DNA of 64,000 nucleotides, taken from IMG/VR virus record IMGVR_UViG_2785510761_000001. The stretch is one strand, 5' to 3'. Shown one piece after another: positions 26,595 through 34,420 of the stretch (position 1 is its first letter; every line of letters begins with the position of its first letter). A program made the position numbers and the translations under genes. The notes beneath the pieces are model-generated. The model saw only the letters and a list, made by a program, of their open reading frames with translations. It did not search any database and had not been told where the DNA came from. This DNA comes from a virus.

Positions 26595-27965
26595 CTACGG
26601 GGAGGGAGGCGGGGAGGATGGTCGCTGATGAGTGGTGAAACTCCCACCGTTTCCGCCCGCAGCTGTCTTGTCTAAGCCGCGGTCTTTTCGACGATCCTGT
26701 CCATTGCTGACGCGAGAGATCGGAATATGGGTGGAGGCTCGATCCGATCGTTCAGGGAGACCAGCAGCGCGTTCGGCAGTGCGGAGCAGCAACTCCATTT
26801 CCCTCGGGTGAGTTTGAGCCATTTTAGTGCGAGCCAGGGTCTCTTCCACGTGATCCAAGAATTTTAAGTTCACGTCCTGCACGATCCCGAGCACCCGATC
26901 TACATCCAGCGAGGACTTCCTGCTCAGCCTGACCCAATCGCCTGCCGCCACCCCTTTTGCGTAGCGCTGGTTTCCGACTCGCATTCCGAGCTTCTGTTCG
27001 TATCCGGGCATCAGGGCGATTGGAACTGTGTCGTAAATCGGGGAGAGCGTTACACCGTCTTCTTGGTGCATCAGCGTGTAATTCTTCGCGTGTGCGTCAG
27101 CGTTCCCGATGGTGATGTTGAATGCCAGCTGCTCAATGAAGTCATAGCGGACGTTCTCATCGACCCCGTACTTTCGAAGGAGCCCAATGGTTCGCTGTGC
27201 GCCCACGACGTACTTCTCTTCGGGAGAGAAACCCAGTGCCTGCGCAACGTCCTCCGTGTGCAACCGCACCACAGCCCCGCCGTCGGTCTCCGCCCGATCA
27301 AACCTCTTGGTCATGAAGGCAGTCTGCCCATGGAAGACAGCGACCCGGGATTCTGCAGCGCTGATGCCCATGCGCTGCGCAAGATCGAGAGACGCTGCTT
27401 CAACCTCATCCAGGCCGGGGTGGTCAGTTCGTGCAGGCTTCACAATATGGGTAGAAGGTGTGGCGGCATCTGGCCAAAAGCATTCACCGCGGTCAATTGT
27501 CAGTGCGAATTTCCCTTGAGCTCCCGCCAGTGAGAATCTTGGTGGGGCACTGAAATCACCGAGGCCCGAGCCTCCTCGCTTAATCTCCGTGATCCTGGCG
27601 CTAATTTCCGATTCCTGAGCGAGCTCGGTGAAGTCTTCCCCGCGACCCGGTTGAGTCTCCTGGGTCGTCAGCAGTACACCGCCGGGGAGGTCGGCGTTGG
27701 CTGCGCTGAGCAGATCCCACGATTCGGTGCTGCGTGCGTGAGTCAGTTCACGCATGTTCTCTTTCGCTCCGGGATCCTCAGGGATGAGGCCGTCGAGGAA
27801 GTTTTGCGGGGACTTCTTCGTGAGCGGGCCGTCGTAAGGCAGCGACAGTGACAGGTGTCGCCTAGAGCCCTGGTCATACACGAAGGTTGCTCGGTGTGCT
27901 GGTGAGACTTTCTCGAACACACCAACGTGCTCATCGCCGATCCACGCGTGTAGATACTCAGGCAT
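26595..27965 (-). CDS. hipA: HipA-family Ser/Thr kinase toxin with C-terminal copy of the shared tag
   Basis: LSLSLP and FLDGLIPE (N-terminal couple domain), SLAGAQGK, HIVKP, KRFDR, GNADAHAKNY, LSPIYD. Confidence 0.9.
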   Translation of the reverse strand: MPEYLHAWIGDEHVGVFEKVSPAHRATFVYDQGSRRHLSLSLPYDGPLTKKSPQNFLDGLIPEDPGAKENMRELTHARSTESWDLLSAANADLPGGVLLTTQETQPGRGEDFTELAQESEISARITEIKRGGSGLGDFSAPPRFSLAGAQGKFALTIDRGECFWPDAATPSTHIVKPARTDHPGLDEVEAASLDLAQRMGISAAESRVAVFHGQTAFMTKRFDRAETDGGAVVRLHTEDVAQALGFSPEEKYVVGAQRTIGLLRKYGVDENVRYDFIEQLAFNITIGNADAHAKNYTLMHQEDGVTLSPIYDTVPIALMPGYEQKLGMRVGNQRYAKGVAAGDWVRLSRKSSLDVDRVLGIVQDVNLKFLDHVEETLARTKMAQTHPREMELLLRTAERAAGLPERSDRASTHIPISRVSNGQDRRKDRGLDKTAAGGNGGSFTTHQRPSSPPPSP

Positions 27966-28590
27966 GAGCACTCCTTTCAGTACGAACGTGAACTGCAGGG
28001 ATGCGTAGTGTCTTCACGATCCGTGCGACGTCGCGGTTACCGCGGGGGGAGTAGCCGGTGCGCTCGATCGTGTGTATCACAGAGGTTGGAACATCCGTAC
28101 GTTCGGCCAGCTCGCCGGCGGACACGCCTCGGATAGCTCGCCAATCGGAAATGCGGCCACGAACACTATCCGGGGAGTCCAGAACCCACATCCCCATGTG
28201 CTTCTGAGCATCACGCACCTGCTGGTCGAACCCGCGTAGAGCGGCCCTTACAACTGCGGCGCCACCTCTACCTTCCGGAGCGGATCCGGCCCACCAGTCT
28301 CGCAACAGGGCCACAGGGTCTGGCGAGTCGATGAACTCTCGAATGCGAGCTGCCGCTCGAGCTTTACGCACCCCAGTGATCCCATCGAATGTCTTATGAT
28401 TCATCCATCGAAGCACATCGGAGCGTGACTGCTCAGACAACCGGCGACGGGAACGGCGAACGATGAAGGCTGTTTCATCCACCTCCCACACCCCGGACAC
28501 TTTTCTCGCGGGGATGCGCCCCTCTCGAGCAAGCCTGGCTGCGCGTTGGACAGTGATTCCCTCTGATCGTGCAAACTCAGAAATCTTCAT
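27958..28590 (-). CDS. Double-HTH protein (excisionase-like N-terminus, Xre-like C-terminus); probable HipA antitoxin/regulator
   Basis: MKISEFARSEGITVQRAARLAREGRIPARK; RAIRGVSAGELAERTDVPTSVIHTIERTG; directly upstream of hipA. Confidence 0.7.
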   Translation of the reverse strand: MKISEFARSEGITVQRAARLAREGRIPARKVSGVWEVDETAFIVRRSRRRLSEQSRSDVLRWMNHKTFDGITGVRKARAAARIREFIDSPDPVALLRDWWAGSAPEGRGGAAVVRAALRGFDQQVRDAQKHMGMWVLDSPDSVRGRISDWRAIRGVSAGELAERTDVPTSVIHTIERTGYSPRGNRDVARIVKTLRIPAVHVRTERSAHA

Positions 28591-28705
28591 AACACAAGCG
28601 TTTCACGCTGGCCTAAGAAACACAAGTGTTATGGGGCGCGAGGTGCCGTGCGTTGCCCATAGGGCGGGGGAGTGGTAGGTGTTCTGAACGCACTCTTACC
28701 TCTGG

Positions 28706-29812
28706 TCAGCAGATACTGATCGGTGATCCAGCGGGCCGCGGCGCCATGCGCGGAAACGCTTTCGAAGTGGCGAGTGCCTCCACAAGCATCTGGACGTTGA
28801 GTGCGTATAGGCCAGCGTTCAGCAGACTGTTGAGCTCGACGACGAGCGGGACATCGTTTGAGCCCAGCGCAACATCGAGCACATAGCTCCTGTTCTCCGG
28901 CTCCTCCTCCCGCACCTTGCGCGCGACCATGCGTCCGAACTCCACCAGACGCTCCACCACATCAGGCCGTTCGACGATGGCATGTCTCTGGTCGCGCACA
29001 CGCTGCACGCGTGGGTCGAATTGAAGCCCTGTGCTGTTGAGTGGCGTGAAGTCCACGATGCACCCCGCGCCTACAGCGACTTCATGATCCACCACGAACA
29101 AGCGGTACTCGTAGTGCATGGGCACCGCGCTCTGCACGAGGTAGGCATCACGGGTAGCTGCGAAGTGGTACGTCAGCCATTCTCCGCCATCGCCGAAGCA
29201 GTTGTCGAACGCTTCCCACAGCTCGGCGTCACTGAGGCTTGCGATCTGGTGGATGTACCCGATGCCCGCGGTCTTATCCTTGGCGACAATTTTGACGGCG
29301 GCACTGTCGCCGGCGGCCCGGAGCGCTTCGACCACGTCGGCGCGGTCGATTGGCCCACCGTCTCCCTGCTCTAGGGCTGAGCAGAGTCTTACAAACCGTC
29401 CAGCGTGATCCTTGAACGCAGTCAAGCGGGAGTACCCCTGACGGTTCACGTAACTCGCCATCTCAGGTTCAGGGTCGGTGGTGGGGATAGGTCCCCATAT
29501 GTGCGCACCAGCCAGGTCACTGAGCAGGCGATCCTCACCGGTGCCCACGTTCACTGCGCGCTCATTGTTCCAGCCGCCATATTTCGGTTGGCCGAGCTGC
29601 CGCACCCAGAGCCGTTCGCGCGGCCAGCAGGCGAATGCTTTCTCCATGCGCAGCGCATCTTCCACGAACAGGTCGAAGTCGTCTGTGCCTTCTTCCCGAA
29701 CGTTGGGTACCCACTGCTTGACGAGGGAGATGAGCCTGTCGAGCTCCGGCGTGCGTTCCGCAAAGATCGGGATGGGGTGGCCTGAGCTCACCACGAGATG
29801 GTTTTCGTACAT
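28706..29812 (-). CDS. ATP-grasp domain protein (R2K-like)
   Basis: YLVQSAVPMHYEYRLFVV, YVLDVAL, VVELNS..AGLY. Confidence 0.6.
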   Translation of the reverse strand: MYENHLVVSSGHPIPIFAERTPELDRLISLVKQWVPNVREEGTDDFDLFVEDALRMEKAFACWPRERLWVRQLGQPKYGGWNNERAVNVGTGEDRLLSDLAGAHIWGPIPTTDPEPEMASYVNRQGYSRLTAFKDHAGRFVRLCSALEQGDGGPIDRADVVEALRAAGDSAAVKIVAKDKTAGIGYIHQIASLSDAELWEAFDNCFGDGGEWLTYHFAATRDAYLVQSAVPMHYEYRLFVVDHEVAVGAGCIVDFTPLNSTGLQFDPRVQRVRDQRHAIVERPDVVERLVEFGRMVARKVREEEPENRSYVLDVALGSNDVPLVVELNSLLNAGLYALNVQMLVEALATSKAFPRMAPRPAGSPISIC

Positions 29813-29832
29813 GACGCTCCAAGGTCTGTCGG

Positions 29833-30426
29833 TCAGTTGACGGCTGGTCCCAAGTAGGTGCAGCGGTTCGCCTGCACAGTCTCAAGCGCGCCAGAGCGGG
29901 CGTGCTGCACATGCACCTGGCGTGCCCGACGATCGCTGGGAGGCGCATCGGAAATGATCAGCCAGGTGCCGCTCAGCCCCCTCACACGAACGGCCGCACC
30001 CGGAGTGAGGGTCCCGGACTTGTGCAGAGCAGCTTTGGTCGGCCGATGTGCTCGTGGCTTCCGAGCTTTCCGCCGATGCGTGCCAATGAACTGCTCCAGT
30101 GACTCCGCGCTGCTGTTGGTTTGGGAGGTAACGATCTGGTCTGCATCGCTCAGCAGGAACTTTGTGGGGATCGTCATGCTACTCGACGCGTACTCCAGGT
30201 CACTCTTATCGGTGAGCTGCGGCTCGGCGAGAGGAACGATGCGCGGGGGCCCCGCCAGCGGGCGCGTGTAGGTGGCGTTCGGGTCACGGGCGTAGCCCAG
30301 CATGTAGCCACGGTACTTTTCACCGTCATGCTTGATGACCGTCACGACCTGACCGTTGGCGAGGTTGCCGCGGCCGATGCATCCAGCGCCAGCAGTAAAC
30401 GAGCGCGATTCTTTTCGCAGCGACAT
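29833..30426 (-). CDS. Hypothetical basic protein
   Basis: Start MSLRKES after RBS GGAAGG; motif at 30469-30477. Confidence 0.6.
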   Translation of the reverse strand: MSLRKESRSFTAGAGCIGRGNLANGQVVTVIKHDGEKYRGYMLGYARDPNATYTRPLAGPPRIVPLAEPQLTDKSDLEYASSSMTIPTKFLLSDADQIVTSQTNSSAESLEQFIGTHRRKARKPRAHRPTKAALHKSGTLTPGAAVRVRGLSGTWLIISDAPPSDRRARQVHVQHARSGALETVQANRCTYLGPAVN

Positions 30427-30479
30427 GAGCAGCCTTCCTGAGCCGGTGTCTCCGGGTTCCAGGGTGTAAATGCGCGGCA

Positions 30480-31223
30480 CTACCCGTTGAAATCAGGATT
30501 CCTGTCGTAGGTGATGAGGCGTTGTGACTGAGGCTTCGAACGGCAGTCGCCTCGAGTGCAGATGTAGCTGCGTGTGCGGGGCATCCCGTCACGGTAGCTG
30601 GTGTGGGACTGATCGTTTGGGCATGTGCCACGGTATCTACGCATGACGTGCACCGGTGCAGCCAGTTCAGCGGCCGTGCTCTGGTGGTTCATCCGAACCT
30701 CGACGTCACTCATGCCGTGCCGGTTCAGCAAGGTGCGGAACTTCTCCCGCCAGCCTTTACTGTGGCCGCTGTGCTTATCGTCAATGCCGTGCGCGACTTC
30801 ATGCAGGATGGTGTCCGCGATAGTACGTGGCTCTTTGGTGCGCAGCTGTGGGGCGCTGAGCTCGATGAGGTTCTCATTCAGCGATGGGTCGACTCGGCAG
30901 GTGACCTGCTTGTTCCAGGCCAAGGAGGTGTTGCTCTGCATCCACCTCCCGAAGGTGAGGGCCGTGCCAAATGGTGGGTGCCTTGCTTCGGGCGTGCAAC
31001 GGATGATCTCGATGGTCGCCTGTTCGATGACTTCCTTGCGCTGAGACCAAGGCGTGGCGAACCAGGATTCTGGGTCTGTGTCGAGAAGCCGGCTGAAATT
31101 CGGGGTGATCAGTACCGGCGCCGGGGGAGCTCCCGCCTCCCGGCTGTGGCTTGCGAAACTGCCACCTGATCCGCCTCCTGCGGTCTTTCCGAGTCCGAGG
31201 TCCTGTCTGCGGGAGCCAATCAT
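30480..31223 (-). CDS. SprT-like zinc metalloprotease with shared N-terminal tag
   Basis: TILHEVAHG..GHSKGWREKF; C-terminal Cys cluster; starts MIGSRRQDLGLGKT. Confidence 0.82.
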   Translation of the reverse strand: MIGSRRQDLGLGKTAGGGSGGSFASHSREAGAPPAPVLITPNFSRLLDTDPESWFATPWSQRKEVIEQATIEIIRCTPEARHPPFGTALTFGRWMQSNTSLAWNKQVTCRVDPSLNENLIELSAPQLRTKEPRTIADTILHEVAHGIDDKHSGHSKGWREKFRTLLNRHGMSDVEVRMNHQSTAAELAAPVHVMRRYRGTCPNDQSHTSYRDGMPRTRSYICTRGDCRSKPQSQRLITYDRNPDFNG

Positions 31224-31245
31224 GCTCACTATTACGGGCGGCACA

Positions 31246-31279
31246 CCAAAGCGGCCCGACATCAGCCGGGCCGCTTTGG
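31246..31279. terminator. Intrinsic terminator-like hairpin
   Basis: 13-bp arms CCAAAGCGGCCCG / CGGGCCGCTTTGG just after the stop at 31284. Confidence 0.75.
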
Positions 31280-31283
31280 TGGC

Positions 31284-32426
31284 TCAGAACTCGTCGTCCC
31301 TGAAGAAGAGCTCGCGAACTTTCCTGCTCAGCGCCGTATAGTCTTCCTCCACACTTTCCGTGAGCTGCGTAAAGTCTACGCGCTGGCGACCGTCATCGCC
31401 GTTATGGATCGCGTGCGGGGCGTGCTCCTGAATCCCGCGCTTGAGGCTGCTGAACGCCTCATGATGCACCTGATAGTCATCTCGCTGATCGTAAGGGATG
31501 TCGTGCGGCCTGGTGTATTCACCTATGCGCGCCGCTGCTTTCGGGTGAGACCACGGGCGGTCCTTCGCCACCGTGATCGGCTGCAGCGCCTCGATGCGCT
31601 GAATGGACTCGGTGTCGCCGCGGCCGCGCGCGGTTTTGAGGGCGTGCGTCTTCGCGGCCTCGAACTCGTCGAGTGTGAATACGTTGTCGGCGCGGATCAG
31701 GCCGCTGTCATCATCTGCCGCGGCGCGAACGGGCTTATTGTCGATCGAGAATCCAGTGCCTCCGTGATTTCCTCCCATGCCGTAGATGTTGACCATGTAC
31801 ACCGGCTCTTCGGTTTTCCGCCAGAGCTCACCGTCGACGACGAGGTACCCATCAACCTCCGCCTGCACCATGTCGCGCGCGCCGGCTTCGCTGTCGTTGC
31901 CCTCCCGCTGATAGGGCTGAGTGACATGGACGAGCTCACCGGTCTCGTAGTCACGCTCGAAACGTGTGAGACGTTCACGGATACGCTCCGGGGTAGCTTC
32001 CAGCCGGTCCGATTTGTTCGGGTACGGCGGCTCCATAGTCGTGTTCGTGTACGACCAGATGTCGCCGGCGACCATCGGCCGGTACAGCTCACCGTCATAG
32101 TGCCGGACCTCGAACTCCAAGTCTCCGGAGCCACCGATGAACTCGTGGAACGTGAATGCCTCGCCTGTGTCTTCGCGGCTGACGCTTCGCACTTCAGCGT
32201 CCATCTCAAAGGTGCGCTCCACGTCTCGAGGGTTGCGGTGACGTGGCGTAGGAAGCACATCACGCTCCGTCCAGCGAACCGTGAACGGCTCGCTGATCAC
32301 CACGTCTGGCGCCGCCGATGACGGGGGCGGTGCGGCCGCGCCGCGCTCATGGCTCGCGAAGCTTCCACCAGAGCCGCCTTTCGCGGTCTTGCCGAGGCCA
32401 AGGTCTTGTCTGCGTGTGCTGCTCAT
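31284..32426 (-). CDS. Hypothetical acidic protein with shared N-terminal tag
   Basis: MSSTRRQDLGLGKTAKGGSGGSFASHER. Confidence 0.82.
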   Translation of the reverse strand: MSSTRRQDLGLGKTAKGGSGGSFASHERGAAAPPPSSAAPDVVISEPFTVRWTERDVLPTPRHRNPRDVERTFEMDAEVRSVSREDTGEAFTFHEFIGGSGDLEFEVRHYDGELYRPMVAGDIWSYTNTTMEPPYPNKSDRLEATPERIRERLTRFERDYETGELVHVTQPYQREGNDSEAGARDMVQAEVDGYLVVDGELWRKTEEPVYMVNIYGMGGNHGGTGFSIDNKPVRAAADDDSGLIRADNVFTLDEFEAAKTHALKTARGRGDTESIQRIEALQPITVAKDRPWSHPKAAARIGEYTRPHDIPYDQRDDYQVHHEAFSSLKRGIQEHAPHAIHNGDDGRQRVDFTQLTESVEEDYTALSRKVRELFFRDDEF

Positions 32427-32456
32427 ACCGCGAATTACGTGCGGCGCGCGTTCACC

Positions 32457-32564
32457 TCACTCGATGGTCTCGGTGGCCCCTTCGTCAGTTTCCTCGACTG
32501 TCCAGTCCAGATCGAACTCGTCGCCGTGCTCGTCAGTTTCAACGTACTGTGTGATCTTCGACAT
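32457..32564 (-). CDS. 35-aa highly acidic peptide
   Basis: MSKITQYVETDEHGDEFDLDWTVEETDEGATETIE; starts 4 nt after the SprT stop. Confidence 0.45.
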   Translation of the reverse strand: MSKITQYVETDEHGDEFDLDWTVEETDEGATETIE

Positions 32565-32568
32565 GTGG

Positions 32569-33345
32569 CTATCCAATGTATTGAGGGTTTCGGGCGTAGC
32601 TGATGAGGCGTTCGGCCTGCGGGACGCCGCGGCAGGCGCCCTGCGTGCAAATGTACATACGGCTGCGCGGCATGCCGTCACGATAACTGATGTGGGTGGG
32701 ATCCCTCTGGCAGGTGCCGACGATCTTCCGCACCATGCGAGCGGCGTGCTCACGGTCGGTGTCCCAGTGAATCTGCTCTACTTTCCGTTCAGTCATCCCA
32801 TGCCGGTCGAGCAACATGCGGTGCTTTTTCGCCCACCGGTCTCCGTGCCCGCCGCCCCAGTCGTCGATGCCGTGCGCGACCTCGTGCAAGATGGTGTTCG
32901 CGATGGTCTGAGGCTCTCTCGTGCGTAACTGAGATGCGTTCATCTGAACAGTGTTTTCGTTCAACTCAGGCTGGGTCAGGTGCCTTCGTTTCGCATTCCG
33001 AGCCAGTGCGCTGCCCAGAGGCTTCCATTCACCGAAAGTGAGCGGTGTTCCGAAAGGCGTGTCCTGAGCTTCTGGGGTAGCGGCGATGATCTCTCGTGTC
33101 GCCCGCTCTACGATCTTCTTGCGCTCAGCCCATGGAGTGTTCATCCACTGCTCTGGGTCTGCCCTCATGATCTGCGCGAAGTTCGGAACCTGGCTCAAGT
33201 AGTTGGCATTCTGCAGCAGGTTTTCTTCAGTCTCAATGGCCGGGGGAGGCGCGGCCGCGGCCCTTCTGTGTGATGCGAAGCTCCCCCCAGAGCCCCCTCC
33301 GGCGGTCTTCCCGAGGCCGATGTCCTGTCGGCGGATATTAATCAT
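32569..33345 (-). CDS. SprT-like zinc metalloprotease paralog with shared N-terminal tag
   Basis: TILHEVAHG..GHGDRWAKK; starts MINIRRQDIGLGKT. Confidence 0.82.
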   Translation of the reverse strand: MINIRRQDIGLGKTAGGGSGGSFASHRRAAAAPPPAIETEENLLQNANYLSQVPNFAQIMRADPEQWMNTPWAERKKIVERATREIIAATPEAQDTPFGTPLTFGEWKPLGSALARNAKRRHLTQPELNENTVQMNASQLRTREPQTIANTILHEVAHGIDDWGGGHGDRWAKKHRMLLDRHGMTERKVEQIHWDTDREHAARMVRKIVGTCQRDPTHISYRDGMPRSRMYICTQGACRGVPQAERLISYARNPQYIG

Positions 33346-33375
33346 GTCGCGGATTACTTGCGGCACTGGTTGCAT

Positions 33376-33420
33376 CGCAAAAGTAAAACGCTAAACTGAA
33401 TCGCTAAACAGAAACGCTAA
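33376..33420. repeat. Four short direct repeats with 13-bp period (operator-like)
   Basis: CGCAAA 33376, CGCTAA 33389, 33402, 33415. Confidence 0.6.
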
Positions 33421-33446
33421 TCGCAATCACCGCTAGGTCGAAGGTC

Positions 33447-34046
33447 ATGGATTCGTTCATCAGCAAGAAACAGGCAGGCCGTGAGCTCTGCATCTCAAAC
33501 ACGTCAGTCAAGAACCTCTGTGATCTACAGAGGCTCGGGACGAACAGCCGCGGCAAAGTCTCGCAGGCGGAGGTCACAAGGCTTGCCGAGCAGCAACGAA
33601 TCAGACTCATCACTAACAGGGAGTGGCCGAAAAACGATCTCGACGAACTCGCGTTTATTTGTCCGGCAACGAACCCTGAGCTCGGCTCAAACCTCGATCT
33701 CGTGACGATGGATCACCTTGCTCAACTCGCGACTGAAGAGTTGCAACGTTCAGGCCGCGAGGAACTGCTCGATGGTCCAGGGCGCATGTTGAGCGGCGCA
33801 TGGCGAATGAGCGAGTCCAGCGCCAGGCGGCTTGTTGATGAGCAGGGACTTATCCTTGGCGCAGCATCGAAATATGTGTTCGAAGTCGTGCGCGTCGTCG
33901 ATCACGTCATGAACACTGTCAAGGGCAACAACAAGGTGTTCATTGTGGAGCCGGTGGATGACTCCGTGAAAAGCCGCTACCTCGGGTACGTCGACTTCAT
34001 GAATCAGAACGCCCGGGAGGTGCTCAGCATTCAGCTCGCCGAGTGA
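33447..34046 (+). CDS. Counter-oriented protein with possible N-terminal winged-HTH (excisionase/MerR-like)
   Basis: FISKKQAGRELCISNTSVKNLCD; RBS GAAGG. Confidence 0.55.
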   Translation: MDSFISKKQAGRELCISNTSVKNLCDLQRLGTNSRGKVSQAEVTRLAEQQRIRLITNREWPKNDLDELAFICPATNPELGSNLDLVTMDHLAQLATEELQRSGREELLDGPGRMLSGAWRMSESSARRLVDEQGLILGAASKYVFEVVRVVDHVMNTVKGNNKVFIVEPVDDSVKSRYLGYVDFMNQNAREVLSIQLAE

Positions 34047-34420
34047 TCGTGATCACGGCCTCGCACACCGTACCGCGGCGCCATGGAGAGCATACGCTGA
34101 TGCAGCGACCCGCCTGGAGCCAAACTCTCAAAGTTCGCCGTCCACGCGGCGCGGTGAACTCGGCCCCGGGTCAACACCTGGTCATGCCAACCCTCGGAGA
34201 CGCGAGCCCTGATCCAGACGGGCCGGTTCAGGTGCTGGTCGGGCTCTCCGAGCCTCCCATGGTTGTCCGCGAGGCCGGCAAAGCGCCAGTCGCAGGCGTC
34301 ACATTTCACGCTTCTGACACTCCCGCGATACGACAGAAGGGCGAGTACCCCAAGGGCAAGAGCAAGCGCGGGCAGAACGGCGACCCCCATGAAGAATGAT
34401 GACCAGTGCATCTCACACAC
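34031..34420 (-). CDS. Small membrane protein
   Basis: Hydrophobic N-terminus, CDAC. Confidence 0.55.
   Translation of the reverse strand: MCEMHWSSFFMGVAVLPALALALGVLALLSYRGSVRSVKCDACDWRFAGLADNHGRLGEPDQHLNRPVWIRARVSEGWHDQVLTRGRVHRAAWTANFESLAPGGSLHQRMLSMAPRYGVRGRDHDHSAS

Noticed and set aside
28591-28626. AACACAAG direct repeat upstream of the HipA operon
   Set aside because: Only two 8-bp copies; plausible operator but too weak to report as a feature.
31140-31223. GLGKT in the tag as a Walker A or SNF2 motif
   Set aside because: There is no preceding beta-strand or GxxxxGKT spacing and no Walker B or ATPase body; K or G is substituted in two copies (GLGAT, GLDKT).
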